In this document: in pieces, positions 29,940 to 38,996 of the stretch
Layout of the letters: each line of letters begins with the position of its first letter
Position numbering within the stretch: the first letter of the stretch is position 1
DNA from: a virus
Taxonomy: Duplodnaviria; Caudoviricetes
Reading direction: 5' to 3' (one strand)
DNA length: 64,000 nucleotides
IMG/VR virus record: IMGVR_UViG_3300048881_000780
Translations under genes and position numbers: made by a program
The notes under the pieces: model-generated
Database searches by the model: none
Told to the model about the DNA's origin: nothing
The model's input: only the letters and a program-made list of their open reading frames with translations

Positions 29940-30374
29940 TTACCAATCTACTGGGCCATTACCACCTTCATCTTGAGCTGGCATATCAGAAGAATAATCT
30001 GGTGCCTGCTCTGGTGCTTGAGAATTAGACTTTTCACCATTAGCACTTGCCCCACTAAGAAATTGGATATTTCTAGCGTTTATTTCAGTGGTATATCTCT
30101 TACTTCCATCTTGACCTTCCCAAGATCTAGTTTGCAAAGACCCCTCGACAAAGGCCTGTTTTCCTTTACTTAAATATTGATTACAAAGCTCTGCAAGCTT
30201 TCCCCAAACAACCACTCTGTGCCATTCCGTCTTTTCTTGCTTTTGACCACTTTTATCGGCCCAAGATTCACTCGTAGCTAGGGAGAAATTACAAACCGCC
30301 GCACCAGATGGTGTGTACTTAAGTTCAGGGTCAGTTCCCAGTCTTCCTAGAATCATTACTTTATTTACAGACAT
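29940..30374 (-). CDS. ssb: Single-stranded DNA-binding protein (copy 1, tail GPVDW)
   Basis: [18 protein letters not shown]...[14 protein letters not shown]...EGSLQTRSW. Confidence 0.95.
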   Translation of the reverse strand: MSVNKVMILGRLGTDPELKYTPSGAAVCNFSLATSESWADKSGQKQEKTEWHRVVVWGKLAELCNQYLSKGKQAFVEGSLQTRSWEGQDGSKRYTTEINARNIQFLSGASANGEKSNSQAPEQAPDYSSDMPAQDEGGNGPVDW

Positions 30375-30472
30375 TTAGATACTCCTTGATAACGGGTACA
30401 ACTTGAGAAACCCGCTAAATTAATATTGTGTCTATTAGATTATAACACAATTGTCACATTATACATAATTAT

Positions 30473-30489
30473 TTAACACATTTCGTTAA
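30473..30489. promoter_or_regulatory. Palindromic operator copy (TTAACACATTTCGTTAA)
   Basis: Upstream of ssb copy 1. Confidence 0.7.
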
Positions 30490-30497
30490 CATCTACA

Positions 30498-30863
30498 CTA
30501 ACCAAGAGTTAGAATAAAGTCAGTAATATCTTTCCAGGCCCCGTCTCCTTCCTCAAAACGAATCCCTTTATCGTCAATATAGAAGAGGGCCACCACCTTA
30601 CCTTGGGAGCCATCATCGATAGCGTCATATGGAAAATCTACACTATCTAAGAATTTAACCATCTCATCGTGTTTCTCCCTCGGGGTAAATTTATTACTGC
30701 GACAACTAGAAACAATGATATAAAACTTCTCTCTAAGTCTCTTTACTTGTTCAACGACTCCATCTTGAAGCTCTCCAATTAACGGGTAGCCTTGAGTAAC
30801 AATCGTGCCATCAAAGTCAATTACAATCGGGAATTTACCTTCAATCTTATCGCTCTCATCCAT
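30498..30863 (-). CDS. Capless HAD-family phosphatase
   Basis: IDFDGTIV, SSCR, GK, YIDDK motifs. Confidence 0.8.
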   Translation of the reverse strand: MDESDKIEGKFPIVIDFDGTIVTQGYPLIGELQDGVVEQVKRLREKFYIIVSSCRSNKFTPREKHDEMVKFLDSVDFPYDAIDDGSQGKVVALFYIDDKGIRFEEGDGAWKDITDFILTLG

Positions 30864-31061
30864 AAATCACTCCAGTTAATTTGTTAAGACTGTTTATATT
30901 TTACCACCTAACTAAGTACTTAATCGAGTGCGAGATACAACTCTTCATAATCTTTACGCAATCCTGTGTAATATTTTTAAATTTTACGCAAGTTTGCGTA
31001 ATTTAAATCTAGAGATAAATAGTACTTATAAGTACGTATAATAATATTAAGGAATATATTT

Positions 31062-31391
31062 ATGACTAACTACTTAGAAGAGATACTTTATTTAACTAGA
31101 TCATTGATTTTAAAAGATCGAAAAAGAAGTGATTATCTATCTAAATTTTCTTCCTTTCACTTTTACAGTTGTGATATTTGCAAAGGGTCAAATCAACCAT
31201 ATATGTTAAAGGATAAACTCTTTAAAGAAGTTATAAATTATTACCAAGAGAAAGACACTTCTATGATCTGCTTAAATTGTGTAGAAAAATCCATTGATAG
31301 AAATTTGAGATACCGAGACTTTAATATATCTAGAATAAATAGAGAGAATGGTTTAGATAAATTGAGATACCTGAAAGAATATAAAAGATGA
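31062..31391 (+). CDS. Hypothetical zinc-binding protein
   Basis: CDIC...YML...CLNC. Confidence 0.65.
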   Translation: MTNYLEEILYLTRSLILKDRKRSDYLSKFSSFHFYSCDICKGSNQPYMLKDKLFKEVINYYQEKDTSMICLNCVEKSIDRNLRYRDFNISRINRENGLDKLRYLKEYKR

Positions 31392-31482
31392 TAACCCTCT
31401 CAAATCTCTTATATTAAAATTAACAAAAAAATGTGCAATCCCTGTTTTTCACAAAAAAATGTGAAACCCAGACTAGAAATTC

Positions 31483-31899
31483 TCAGTTTAATTCTAAGAT
31501 ATCACCACTTATATACATATCTAATACTCTTCTAATTGTAGCGAGAGCAAACTGACTATGCAGAGGATTTTCTCTAGTGAGCTCTAAAGCTGAATTACCC
31601 TTAAAAATATTTCTTTTTACGTGTAACCAATTACCTATTACTTCTGGATTCCTCGAGTAAATAGTATTTAAATTTCTAACTATTCCTAAGATGATGGACA
31701 CTCGACGAAATAAATCCCACGTTTGCCCAATCGTTTGCATACGCGCCCATTCCTTAATTTGTTTAGAATCTTTTTGACCAAGAATGACCACTTGATCATC
31801 TAGATTAATATTTAGATCCTCACAAACCTTAAAGAAATTCTTCCCAAGAAGATTTGCAGACTCAGAATCTAGGGATGGAGTAAAATCATTATTCATCAT
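31483..31899 (-). CDS. Xre/MbcA/ParS-type antitoxin (orphan)
   Basis: RVSIILGI...L...Y......WL....F.G.SALE pattern; start after GAGG SD. Confidence 0.7.
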   Translation of the reverse strand: MMNNDFTPSLDSESANLLGKNFFKVCEDLNINLDDQVVILGQKDSKQIKEWARMQTIGQTWDLFRRVSIILGIVRNLNTIYSRNPEVIGNWLHVKRNIFKGNSALELTRENPLHSQFALATIRRVLDMYISGDILELN

Positions 31900-32040
31900 G
31901 TAAATACCTCTATCTATATTATATATTGTTTTAAACTTTATCCCCCTCTGAGACAACTGAAAGAAGTGATCAGAGTATTTTCACTGTCTATATATTTATC
32001 ACTACTTACTCTCTATCTACCTGAATTTACAAAATTGAAC

Positions 32041-32056
32041 TGGCACATCTCTTGCT
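32041..32056 (+). promoter_or_regulatory. Sigma-54 (-24/-12) promoter
   Basis: TGGCAC-ATCTC-TTGCT matches TGGCAC-N5-TTGCW, upstream of 32090. Confidence 0.7.
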
Positions 32057-32089
32057 CTTAAATAGGTATCAATAACTCGAGGGGGACTT

Positions 32090-32578
32090 GTGGAAAATAG
32101 AATTGATATTTATGATTTTTTAAAATTCTGCTTAACTATTATTGTAGCTTATGTAACAACTAACTTCTTTACTGATGAGCTTGGTTTACAAATATTTCTC
32201 GGATTAGTTCTATATAAAGTCTTCGAGCATATTGCACTATTTTCAATCCTGCCAATTATTCTAACAGTAAACTATTTAAAGGCCGTCTTTTCTATTGAAT
32301 CAGAACTGCACAAATCATTAACTACATTAGAAGAGATCAAATTACTTTGTGTTAGTAAGAATGTAGATATAATTGTCGACAATTTTGCGGAATCAATAAA
32401 GAGTAATCCAGGCTTAGTTTCAAAATTAAATGATGAGTCTAGGTCTCCTATTCTAGCTCAAGTAATTCTCTACCAAGTAGAAGAATATATGAAAAATGGT
32501 ATGGATATAAGTCATACCGAATTTCAATTTATTGATTACAAAATTAAAACACACATCTTTAGAGATATGGTGGCCTAA
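32090..32578 (+). CDS. Membrane protein
   Basis: N-terminal TM helices; GAGGGG SD. Confidence 0.7.
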   Translation: MENRIDIYDFLKFCLTIIVAYVTTNFFTDELGLQIFLGLVLYKVFEHIALFSILPIILTVNYLKAVFSIESELHKSLTTLEEIKLLCVSKNVDIIVDNFAESIKSNPGLVSKLNDESRSPILAQVILYQVEEYMKNGMDISHTEFQFIDYKIKTHIFRDMVA

Positions 32579-32588
32579 GGAAGTAGTT

Positions 32589-32954
32589 ATGAAGTACTTT
32601 ATATTAATAACAATATTCATCACTACTTCCTGTGCAACACCAAAGAGAAGAAGTATTAGTAATTCAAAGACACCTAAAAGTATATATTGGGCCAAGGGAA
32701 ATAAAAAGTGTATGAAATCCAGCTTAGAAAACTTAAGAGTTTTCTTTCATAGTATCGGTCAATTTGAAGTTAATGAAGTATATGATGAAAATATGTATGA
32801 GACAATGAATGAAGTTAGTGAAATTGTACCTAACTATAAACCAAACATTCTCTTGAAGGTCGAATTTTACAACAACACTCCAACTCAACTTCTATTCACT
32901 TCAAAAGAGCACTGTGTAAATTTTGTATCTCTTATTAAAAAGTATCGCAAATAA
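32589..32954 (+). CDS. Lipoprotein
   Basis: MKYFILITIFITTSC lipobox. Confidence 0.7.
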   Translation: MKYFILITIFITTSCATPKRRSISNSKTPKSIYWAKGNKKCMKSSLENLRVFFHSIGQFEVNEVYDENMYETMNEVSEIVPNYKPNILLKVEFYNNTPTQLLFTSKEHCVNFVSLIKKYRK

Positions 32955-33000
32955 CCTCAATCACTAAAAATTCTTACACTCGTCGAAGGTGTATAATATA

Positions 33001-33028
33001 TGTAACAAAATAACGGTATTTTGTTGCA
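33001..33028. promoter_or_regulatory. Inverted repeat, probable autoregulatory operator
   Basis: TGTAACAAAATA-acgg-TATTTTGTTGCA just after TATAAT of the XRE gene. Confidence 0.55.
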
Positions 33029-33055
33029 TGTGTAATACATTTCAAGGCGTAAACG

Positions 33056-33427
33056 ATGAAAAGCTCGGCAATCTTATCACTTACAACAGAGAGAGAAATT
33101 AAGAAATTGGCATCAAATATAAGAATAGCCAGAAAAAGAAGAAGTATTTCTATTTCGGAAATGGCCAAGAGATTAAATGTATCTAGACAAACTATCTATA
33201 GATTAGAAGATGGTAATTTAAACGTAAGTCTTGGTCTATATTTAGAGACCTTGAATCAATTGAATTTGCTAAAAGGGTTAAGTGTGGCCACTGATCCAAA
33301 TTTGGATATTGAGGCAATTGAATTAGAAGTAACAAGAGCTAGAAAGAAAAAGAGAGTTAAAGCTTCAATTGCAAAAGATATTAATCTTAATTTTTACATA
33401 AAAAAAGAGGAGCAAAAGCTCCTCTAA
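33056..33427 (+). CDS. XRE/HipB-like HTH regulator
   Basis: NIRIARKRRSISISEMAKRLNVSRQTIYRLEDG. Confidence 0.85.
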   Translation: MKSSAILSLTTEREIKKLASNIRIARKRRSISISEMAKRLNVSRQTIYRLEDGNLNVSLGLYLETLNQLNLLKGLSVATDPNLDIEAIELEVTRARKKKRVKASIAKDINLNFYIKKEEQKLL

Positions 33428-33527
33428 TCAATAACTTAAATATCTTTTTCTATATTCTATTTAACATAAAAAGATGTCCCTTTTACAAGCAATAAGGCCT
33501 TAAGATTACATTAATCTTTTGACAACT

Positions 33528-33550
33528 AAAAAAGGGGCTTTCGCCCCTTT
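33528..33550 (-). terminator. Terminator after ssb copy 2
   Basis: AAAGGGGC-tttc-GCCCCTTT with A-tract. Confidence 0.75.
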
Positions 33551-33683
33551 AATATTATCGTTTTGAATTTATTGGAATCAGTTATTTAACGATACTGAAG
33601 ATGTCCCGACTAGAATGGATCTAAGTACATCTTTTGTTAAATAAACGCCTCAACTCACTGTTTTTGCGTTTTGACACAGCGCA

Positions 33684-34118
33684 TCAAAATGGAATATCAT
33701 CACTTGTGAAATTTGAATCTGTTGCAATTTCATAATCCTGTGAGAACTCTTCATTAGAAGGACCACTTTGTTTTGAATTATTGCTTTTACTTGCTCCACC
33801 TAGAAATTGAATATTTCTGGCATTGATTTCAGTAGTATATCTCTTCGTTCCATCTTGTCCTTCCCAAGATCTAGTCTGTAGAGATCCCTCAATAAAGGCC
33901 TGACGTCCTTTAACTAAGTACTGATTACAGAGTTCTGCCAGTTTTCCCCAAACAACAATTCTGTGCCATTCGGTCTTTTCTTGCTTTTGACCACTCTTAT
34001 CATTCCACGATTCACTCGTTGCCACAGAGAAATTACAAACAGCCACTCCACTTGGCGTATACTTAAGTTCTGGATCAGTGCCAAGTCTTCCTAATATCAC
34101 TACTTTGTTTACAGACAT
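33684..34118 (-). CDS. ssb: Single-stranded DNA-binding protein (copy 2, tail DDIPF)
   Basis: OB fold nearly identical to copy 1; canonical acidic tail. Confidence 0.95.
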   Translation of the reverse strand: MSVNKVVILGRLGTDPELKYTPSGVAVCNFSVATSESWNDKSGQKQEKTEWHRIVVWGKLAELCNQYLVKGRQAFIEGSLQTRSWEGQDGTKRYTTEINARNIQFLGGASKSNNSKQSGPSNEEFSQDYEIATDSNFTSDDIPF

Positions 34119-34175
34119 TCCGTACTCCTTATCAATACTTTATTACCTCATTGCCATTATACACTATATTAATAT

Positions 34176-34192
34176 TTAACACAAATCGTTAA
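34176..34192. promoter_or_regulatory. Palindromic operator copy (TTAACACAAATCGTTAA)
   Basis: Between ssb copy 2 and the paralog triplet. Confidence 0.7.
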
Positions 34193-34245
34193 CTTTACAA
34201 AGTATGTGCACCTGTAATATCATTAATTCAACAAAGGAAAAGCAA

Positions 34246-34875
34246 ATGGATTCAATACTAATTGAAATAAAGACATATCTGGTATCACTCCTTGGCACCA
34301 ATAGTTCAGTGTTTTGTGTATTATTAGTATGCGTAACATTATTCTGCTTGGGTTATTTAAAAATAGTCGAAAAAAAATCAGAATATATAGCACTTCCCTT
34401 TTCCATTGTGATAACCTTTTGTGTTATTTTGGCTCATTTTTTCTATTCATCATCTGTTCCCTTAAAAAAGGGTATTTGCCTTACTATAAAAACAAACACT
34501 CTACCTAACTACAAACGCCTAATTAGCAAGCTGGCACTACTGAACGATGAGATTGACGAACATAAGTCGCTTAAGTCAAGTTGGATAAAAGCTTTAAACT
34601 TGAACCATAAAAGAGTTTCTCAACTTAAAGAAAGAGAGAGAATAATTAGAGAGTTAGAGTCTATGAAGTCTAAGCCGTATACATTCGTAGTCTTAGATAA
34701 CTTTAAATCCAAAGGTCTCTACTATATTACTCATAAAAATATGTACACCACTGAGATACCCGAGCTTGGTAATTACTTTATACAAAAGTGCAAAAAAAGT
34801 GATCAAGAAATAATAAAGAAATATTCTAATAACAAAGAAGAAACTTTAGCTAGAGTCAAATTTGTATCTAATTAG
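34246..34875 (+). CDS. Membrane-anchored coiled-coil protein, tandem paralog 1
   Basis: 2 TM, KGIC, VLDNFK..LYY, KC..SD..I...YS.NKE. Confidence 0.75.
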   Translation: MDSILIEIKTYLVSLLGTNSSVFCVLLVCVTLFCLGYLKIVEKKSEYIALPFSIVITFCVILAHFFYSSSVPLKKGICLTIKTNTLPNYKRLISKLALLNDEIDEHKSLKSSWIKALNLNHKRVSQLKERERIIRELESMKSKPYTFVVLDNFKSKGLYYITHKNMYTTEIPELGNYFIQKCKKSDQEIIKKYSNNKEETLARVKFVSN

Positions 34876-34894
34876 AAGCTAAGGAGAAATAATT

Positions 34895-35518
34895 ATGAAT
34901 TCTATGGCTGGAACACATGTAACTTCCTCAATAATAGGTCTACTATCATTAGGAATCCCCTCTCTTATTATGATAACGTTTTATCATATTTCAAACTTAG
35001 ATGATAAGTCACCTTTATCATTAATATCTAACCCCCTCATAATTTTTAATATAGCTTACTTGTCTATTCTTGTTTTAATAGTAAATATTACTAAGCTTCC
35101 ACCAAAGATTGGAACTTGTATCACGACTAGACCGCACTACGAATTTCCCGAATATAAAAAAACAAAAAAACAGCTTAAAGAAATTGATGAAAAACTAGAA
35201 AAGTTTAAGTCATTTCGATCAAGCTGGAGTGAACTACCAAGTATCAAACTAAGAAAAGATGAATTACTTAAAGAAAAGAAAGACGTAGAAGGAAAATTAA
35301 AAGCTTTAATGGATAAAAAAGTTAAACTCATTGTTTTAGATAATTTCAAAGGTCACACTTTATATTACTCTTCATCTACAGATACATATACAACAGAAGT
35401 AACAAAACAAAAGAACTACTTTACCGAAAGATGTAGCAATAGTGATCAAGAAATTTTAAAGAACTATTCTAGCAATAAAGAAGAAATTTTAAATAATATT
35501 AAATTTGTTTCAAAATAA
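34895..35518 (+). CDS. Membrane-anchored coiled-coil protein, tandem paralog 2
   Basis: Same motifs; AAGGAG SD. Confidence 0.75.
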   Translation: MNSMAGTHVTSSIIGLLSLGIPSLIMITFYHISNLDDKSPLSLISNPLIIFNIAYLSILVLIVNITKLPPKIGTCITTRPHYEFPEYKKTKKQLKEIDEKLEKFKSFRSSWSELPSIKLRKDELLKEKKDVEGKLKALMDKKVKLIVLDNFKGHTLYYSSSTDTYTTEVTKQKNYFTERCSNSDQEILKNYSSNKEEILNNIKFVSK

Positions 35519-35531
35519 AAAAGGAGAGATT

Positions 35532-36158
35532 ATGGAATTCTTATATTCAATATTAACGTCAATGAAAATGTTTACAATTCAAGTGCTTGGAACTAATAAT
35601 TCCGACCCAATAATGTACATGATCGCCTTAATGTTAATTCCAGCATTGGCATCGTTTCTACACGGACTAGATAAAGAGAATGAAACCGCTGGTCTCTTCT
35701 TAATCGCTTTTATTGTAATGGGATCATTTAACTACCTTAGATTTTCAACATCTATTCATTTAAAAAAGGGTACTTGTTTAATTACAAAATCTCAAAAGCA
35801 TTCTAATAGATTAAATAGTTTATACGTTCTAGAAAACAACTTAAAGAAGTACCCAGGTCTTAAATCCGACTGGAGTGGAGTCCTACAAAAAGAAAAACGC
35901 TTACTCGTAAACAAAATAAAGAATTTAAAATCGGAGATTAAAACTCTAGAAAAAAGAGAGTCTAAATATATTGTCTTGGATAACTTTAAAGATAAGGGAC
36001 TCTACTACATGAGAAATAAAGAGAGTTATACAATCAATAGACCTACTGATGAAGTATATTTTAAAACTAAATGCAATACAAGTGATCACAGTATTATTGA
36101 GATGTACTCCAAGAATAAAGAGAGTATTTTAAATAACTTAAAAGTTGTATCTAACTAG
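35532..36158 (+). CDS. Membrane-anchored coiled-coil protein, tandem paralog 3
   Basis: Same motifs; AAGGAG SD. Confidence 0.75.
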   Translation: MEFLYSILTSMKMFTIQVLGTNNSDPIMYMIALMLIPALASFLHGLDKENETAGLFLIAFIVMGSFNYLRFSTSIHLKKGTCLITKSQKHSNRLNSLYVLENNLKKYPGLKSDWSGVLQKEKRLLVNKIKNLKSEIKTLEKRESKYIVLDNFKDKGLYYMRNKESYTINRPTDEVYFKTKCNTSDHSIIEMYSKNKESILNNLKVVSN

Positions 36159-36259
36159 AGATATAAGATAAAAGGTTTAACATATAAAACGAGAGAAACA
36201 CTAGAGGAAGAATGGATATAATACTTAAAAATAATTTCAGCAGATTGTAGAAATTTTAG

Positions 36260-36706
36260 ATGTATTTTTATAAAAATATAAATTTGGAAAATTACCGTTC
36301 ATCATACTGTACATACTATAATATGTTAACAAACTATGCGAACTATGAAGAGTCGAGAGCAACAATAGAATCTGATATATTTAAAAAGAAATACAAAGAT
36401 GAAAGAAGCTTTAAAGTACTAACTAAGAATATCTCAAACCTCTATCCAGATCTTTTAACGCTTCACGATGATATATTTATATGGCCATATAATTATGCAA
36501 GTGAGTCTCATCTAATGAATGCAACCATCACAATTGCAAGAGACCCCAGATCAGGAGTTTCAGTAGTTATAGATGGAACTCACCGACTTAACTTACTAAG
36601 AACTTATTTTTCTCACAGATTATTGACAATAAAGGAAGTAATTTGCTTTGTCCCATTTCAAATAAAGGCACAAATTAATAGAAAAGAAACTCCCCTCTCT
36701 AGATAG
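36260..36706 (+). CDS. ParB/Srx-like domain protein
   Basis: VVIDGTHRL motif. Confidence 0.5.
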   Translation: MYFYKNINLENYRSSYCTYYNMLTNYANYEESRATIESDIFKKKYKDERSFKVLTKNISNLYPDLLTLHDDIFIWPYNYASESHLMNATITIARDPRSGVSVVIDGTHRLNLLRTYFSHRLLTIKEVICFVPFQIKAQINRKETPLSR

Positions 36707-36720
36707 AGAGGGTGTAATAA

Positions 36721-37365
36721 TTAATCGTAGTGATATCTTCTGATTAACTCAGCAACTTCCTCTACAAATTCGTCTTGATCTTCTTGAGAAGCGAATTTTA
36801 AGTATTCAAATACTCTTCCAATATAACTTCCAGAGACATCTTGAAGATCATATCTAACGCCACTTCTTGGAGAGAGAGAAATTCTTCTAACTCCTTGCTT
36901 ATCGATCTCGTCTTCTAGTTTTTGAACTTTCTTATCCACATTTTCAATAAAATCAACATTATCTTCAAGTTCTCTACCTAAAGTATCACATTGCTTTGCT
37001 GAAAGCGCCAATCCATTCATTTTCTTATTCTTAATACCTTTTTTTATTTCAGAGTTTCTAACTCCTAATTTCTTGGCCTTATCCTCTATATCTTTGATTT
37101 TCTTTTGAAGATCCTTTCTAATACTAGTCTTTCTATCAAATTCCAGTTTATCCTCTTCGTTAATTAATCTCTCATATACTCTAATAGGATATCCTTCCAT
37201 AACCCAGTCTAAGACGTGAACAGGTCTAACACTCATTTTAGAACCTTTAGTAATTATCTCTCCCGTAGAAGGAATCTGGACTGGTTGAGGCACTTTAGCA
37301 TGAAAGTGCGATGAAGATGCTCTCGTTATAATGATCTCTTCTTTATTCTTTGTTCTTGCGTTCAT
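36721..37365 (-). CDS. Coiled-coil hypothetical protein
   Basis: AAGGAG SD; central heptads. Confidence 0.7.
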   Translation of the reverse strand: MNARTKNKEEIIITRASSSHFHAKVPQPVQIPSTGEIITKGSKMSVRPVHVLDWVMEGYPIRVYERLINEEDKLEFDRKTSIRKDLQKKIKDIEDKAKKLGVRNSEIKKGIKNKKMNGLALSAKQCDTLGRELEDNVDFIENVDKKVQKLEDEIDKQGVRRISLSPRSGVRYDLQDVSGSYIGRVFEYLKFASQEDQDEFVEEVAELIRRYHYD

Positions 37366-37524
37366 AAATATCTCCTTTCATTTATCTAAGATTAGGATAA
37401 CTCAAGGTTTTTATATTTCAAGCTTTTTTTGACATTTTATGTCAAGTCTTAACAAATTTCGGTAAATAGCACTCCTTCCTGCGATATAATTAGAAGTAAA
37501 GATAAACCAAAAACGGACAAAGAT

Positions 37525-38223
37525 ATGAAAAAAATCGCTGCATTATTAGTAATATTTGGAATTATGGGATTCGTATCCTCAACCACAAATAATGAAAAAA
37601 AGACCAAGAAGATAGTTGAAAGAAGACCCGCTTCAATAAAGAGAGAAGCTCCTAGGTTACACAATATCATAAAAATTGATAAATCTAAGATCTGGAATAA
37701 TAGACTTAAAATAAAGGCCATGAGGAACTTAAACTTAGAATTTAGAAATGGCGATGGAAAGAAAGTTAGCAGGGATTCTTATACTGTTAACACTTCAGCT
37801 ACAGACTTCTTTGCTAAGGGCGACTACTCTAGCTGGAAAATCGCCGATACTGGAAATGTTGAATATCTAGAGATTGGAAAATGGGGAATTCAAGGAGAGT
37901 TAGGAGATGACTTCACCTTGTATATATTCACTCTGCTAGATTACAAAGGTAGAAAGAGAGAGATTTCCATTAGAAGAGTTTCAAATGAAATTAAATTCCA
38001 AGTAACACTAGATGTTGATTATGAAGACGTATTAAAAACACAAATAAATTTAACAGATGAAGATAGTAGAACGAAATGTACAATAGAAAAGGACTCTGTT
38101 GCTTATTGCTCTCTCGACTATTATGGCAAGAATAATGAGAAAGAAATCACTGCTAAAGTAGCTTATCGATCTGACGATGGAGAAATCAAGGAGTCCATTT
38201 TTTCTCATTTTATAGCATTTTAA
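37525..38223 (+). CDS. Exported beta-rich protein
   Basis: Signal/anchor MKKIAALLVIFGIMG; RRPAS motif. Confidence 0.7.
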   Translation: MKKIAALLVIFGIMGFVSSTTNNEKKTKKIVERRPASIKREAPRLHNIIKIDKSKIWNNRLKIKAMRNLNLEFRNGDGKKVSRDSYTVNTSATDFFAKGDYSSWKIADTGNVEYLEIGKWGIQGELGDDFTLYIFTLLDYKGRKREISIRRVSNEIKFQVTLDVDYEDVLKTQINLTDEDSRTKCTIEKDSVAYCSLDYYGKNNEKEITAKVAYRSDDGEIKESIFSHFIAF

Positions 38224-38249
38224 ACTTAAAATAGAAGGGAGGTAATATA

Positions 38250-38654
38250 ATGTTTTCAGCTTTAATTCTCCCTATGGTTTTTGTTGCGCCAAATGCGGTC
38301 TACAATCAAGATATACAAGAGATATCTATAAAAGAAGATGATTACATCCTAGTTAAAGAGTTTTCGCCGAAAGAGATGTCTGGAAAGTGGAAGGCTAAGA
38401 TAAATTTCAAAAATAATTCTCTAAAGAGTAAGAAAGATAAAATCAAGTACAAGTACTACTTCTCCCCTGCTGATTCCAATTATAAGCGAGAGGTTTTTAA
38501 TAACTCCGTTATTATGTCAGATCTAGACTGTCATATCCCAAAAGACTGTAAATTTTATGGAAAATTATTCATAAAGAGAAAATCATCTAATTCAAGACTT
38601 AAGTCTGGCGAATATACAGAAAAAATCAGAGTAACTTTTTCAAGTGAGAGATAA
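38250..38654 (+). CDS. Exported protein, possible fimbrial/Ig-like fold
   Basis: GGAGG SD; C-terminal SGEYTEKIRVTF strand reminiscent of Csu-type subunits. Confidence 0.55.
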   Translation: MFSALILPMVFVAPNAVYNQDIQEISIKEDDYILVKEFSPKEMSGKWKAKINFKNNSLKSKKDKIKYKYYFSPADSNYKREVFNNSVIMSDLDCHIPKDCKFYGKLFIKRKSSNSRLKSGEYTEKIRVTFSSER

Positions 38655-38657
38655 CCC

Positions 38658-38984
38658 ATGAGAAATATAGATTTAATAGCAAAGTCATACCTACAATACT
38701 GTCTAAAAGGACTTAATTTACCGGGAGGATTCACGCTTACTGAAGGTATTTTAGAGGCCATAAAAGAAGAGCTAAGATGCCTACTCCTTAGAATAGAGAG
38801 TCTTGAAGTTATCCTCGATGATGATGAGTTTGCACACCAATTATATAATTGTAGAAACTTAGACAATCACACTAATTGTAAGAACTCAAAGCTGTGTCAC
38901 TTCTTTAAGAGAGTTGGCCCTCAAAAGCTATATCTTGGAAAAGATAATAAGGTTTACCTAACTGATATTTGTGACTTCAAATAG
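38658..38984 (+). CDS. Hypothetical Cys-containing protein
   Basis: 108-aa ORF in operon. Confidence 0.55.
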   Translation: MRNIDLIAKSYLQYCLKGLNLPGGFTLTEGILEAIKEELRCLLLRIESLEVILDDDEFAHQLYNCRNLDNHTNCKNSKLCHFFKRVGPQKLYLGKDNKVYLTDICDFK

Positions 38985-38996
38985 AAATTATACTTA

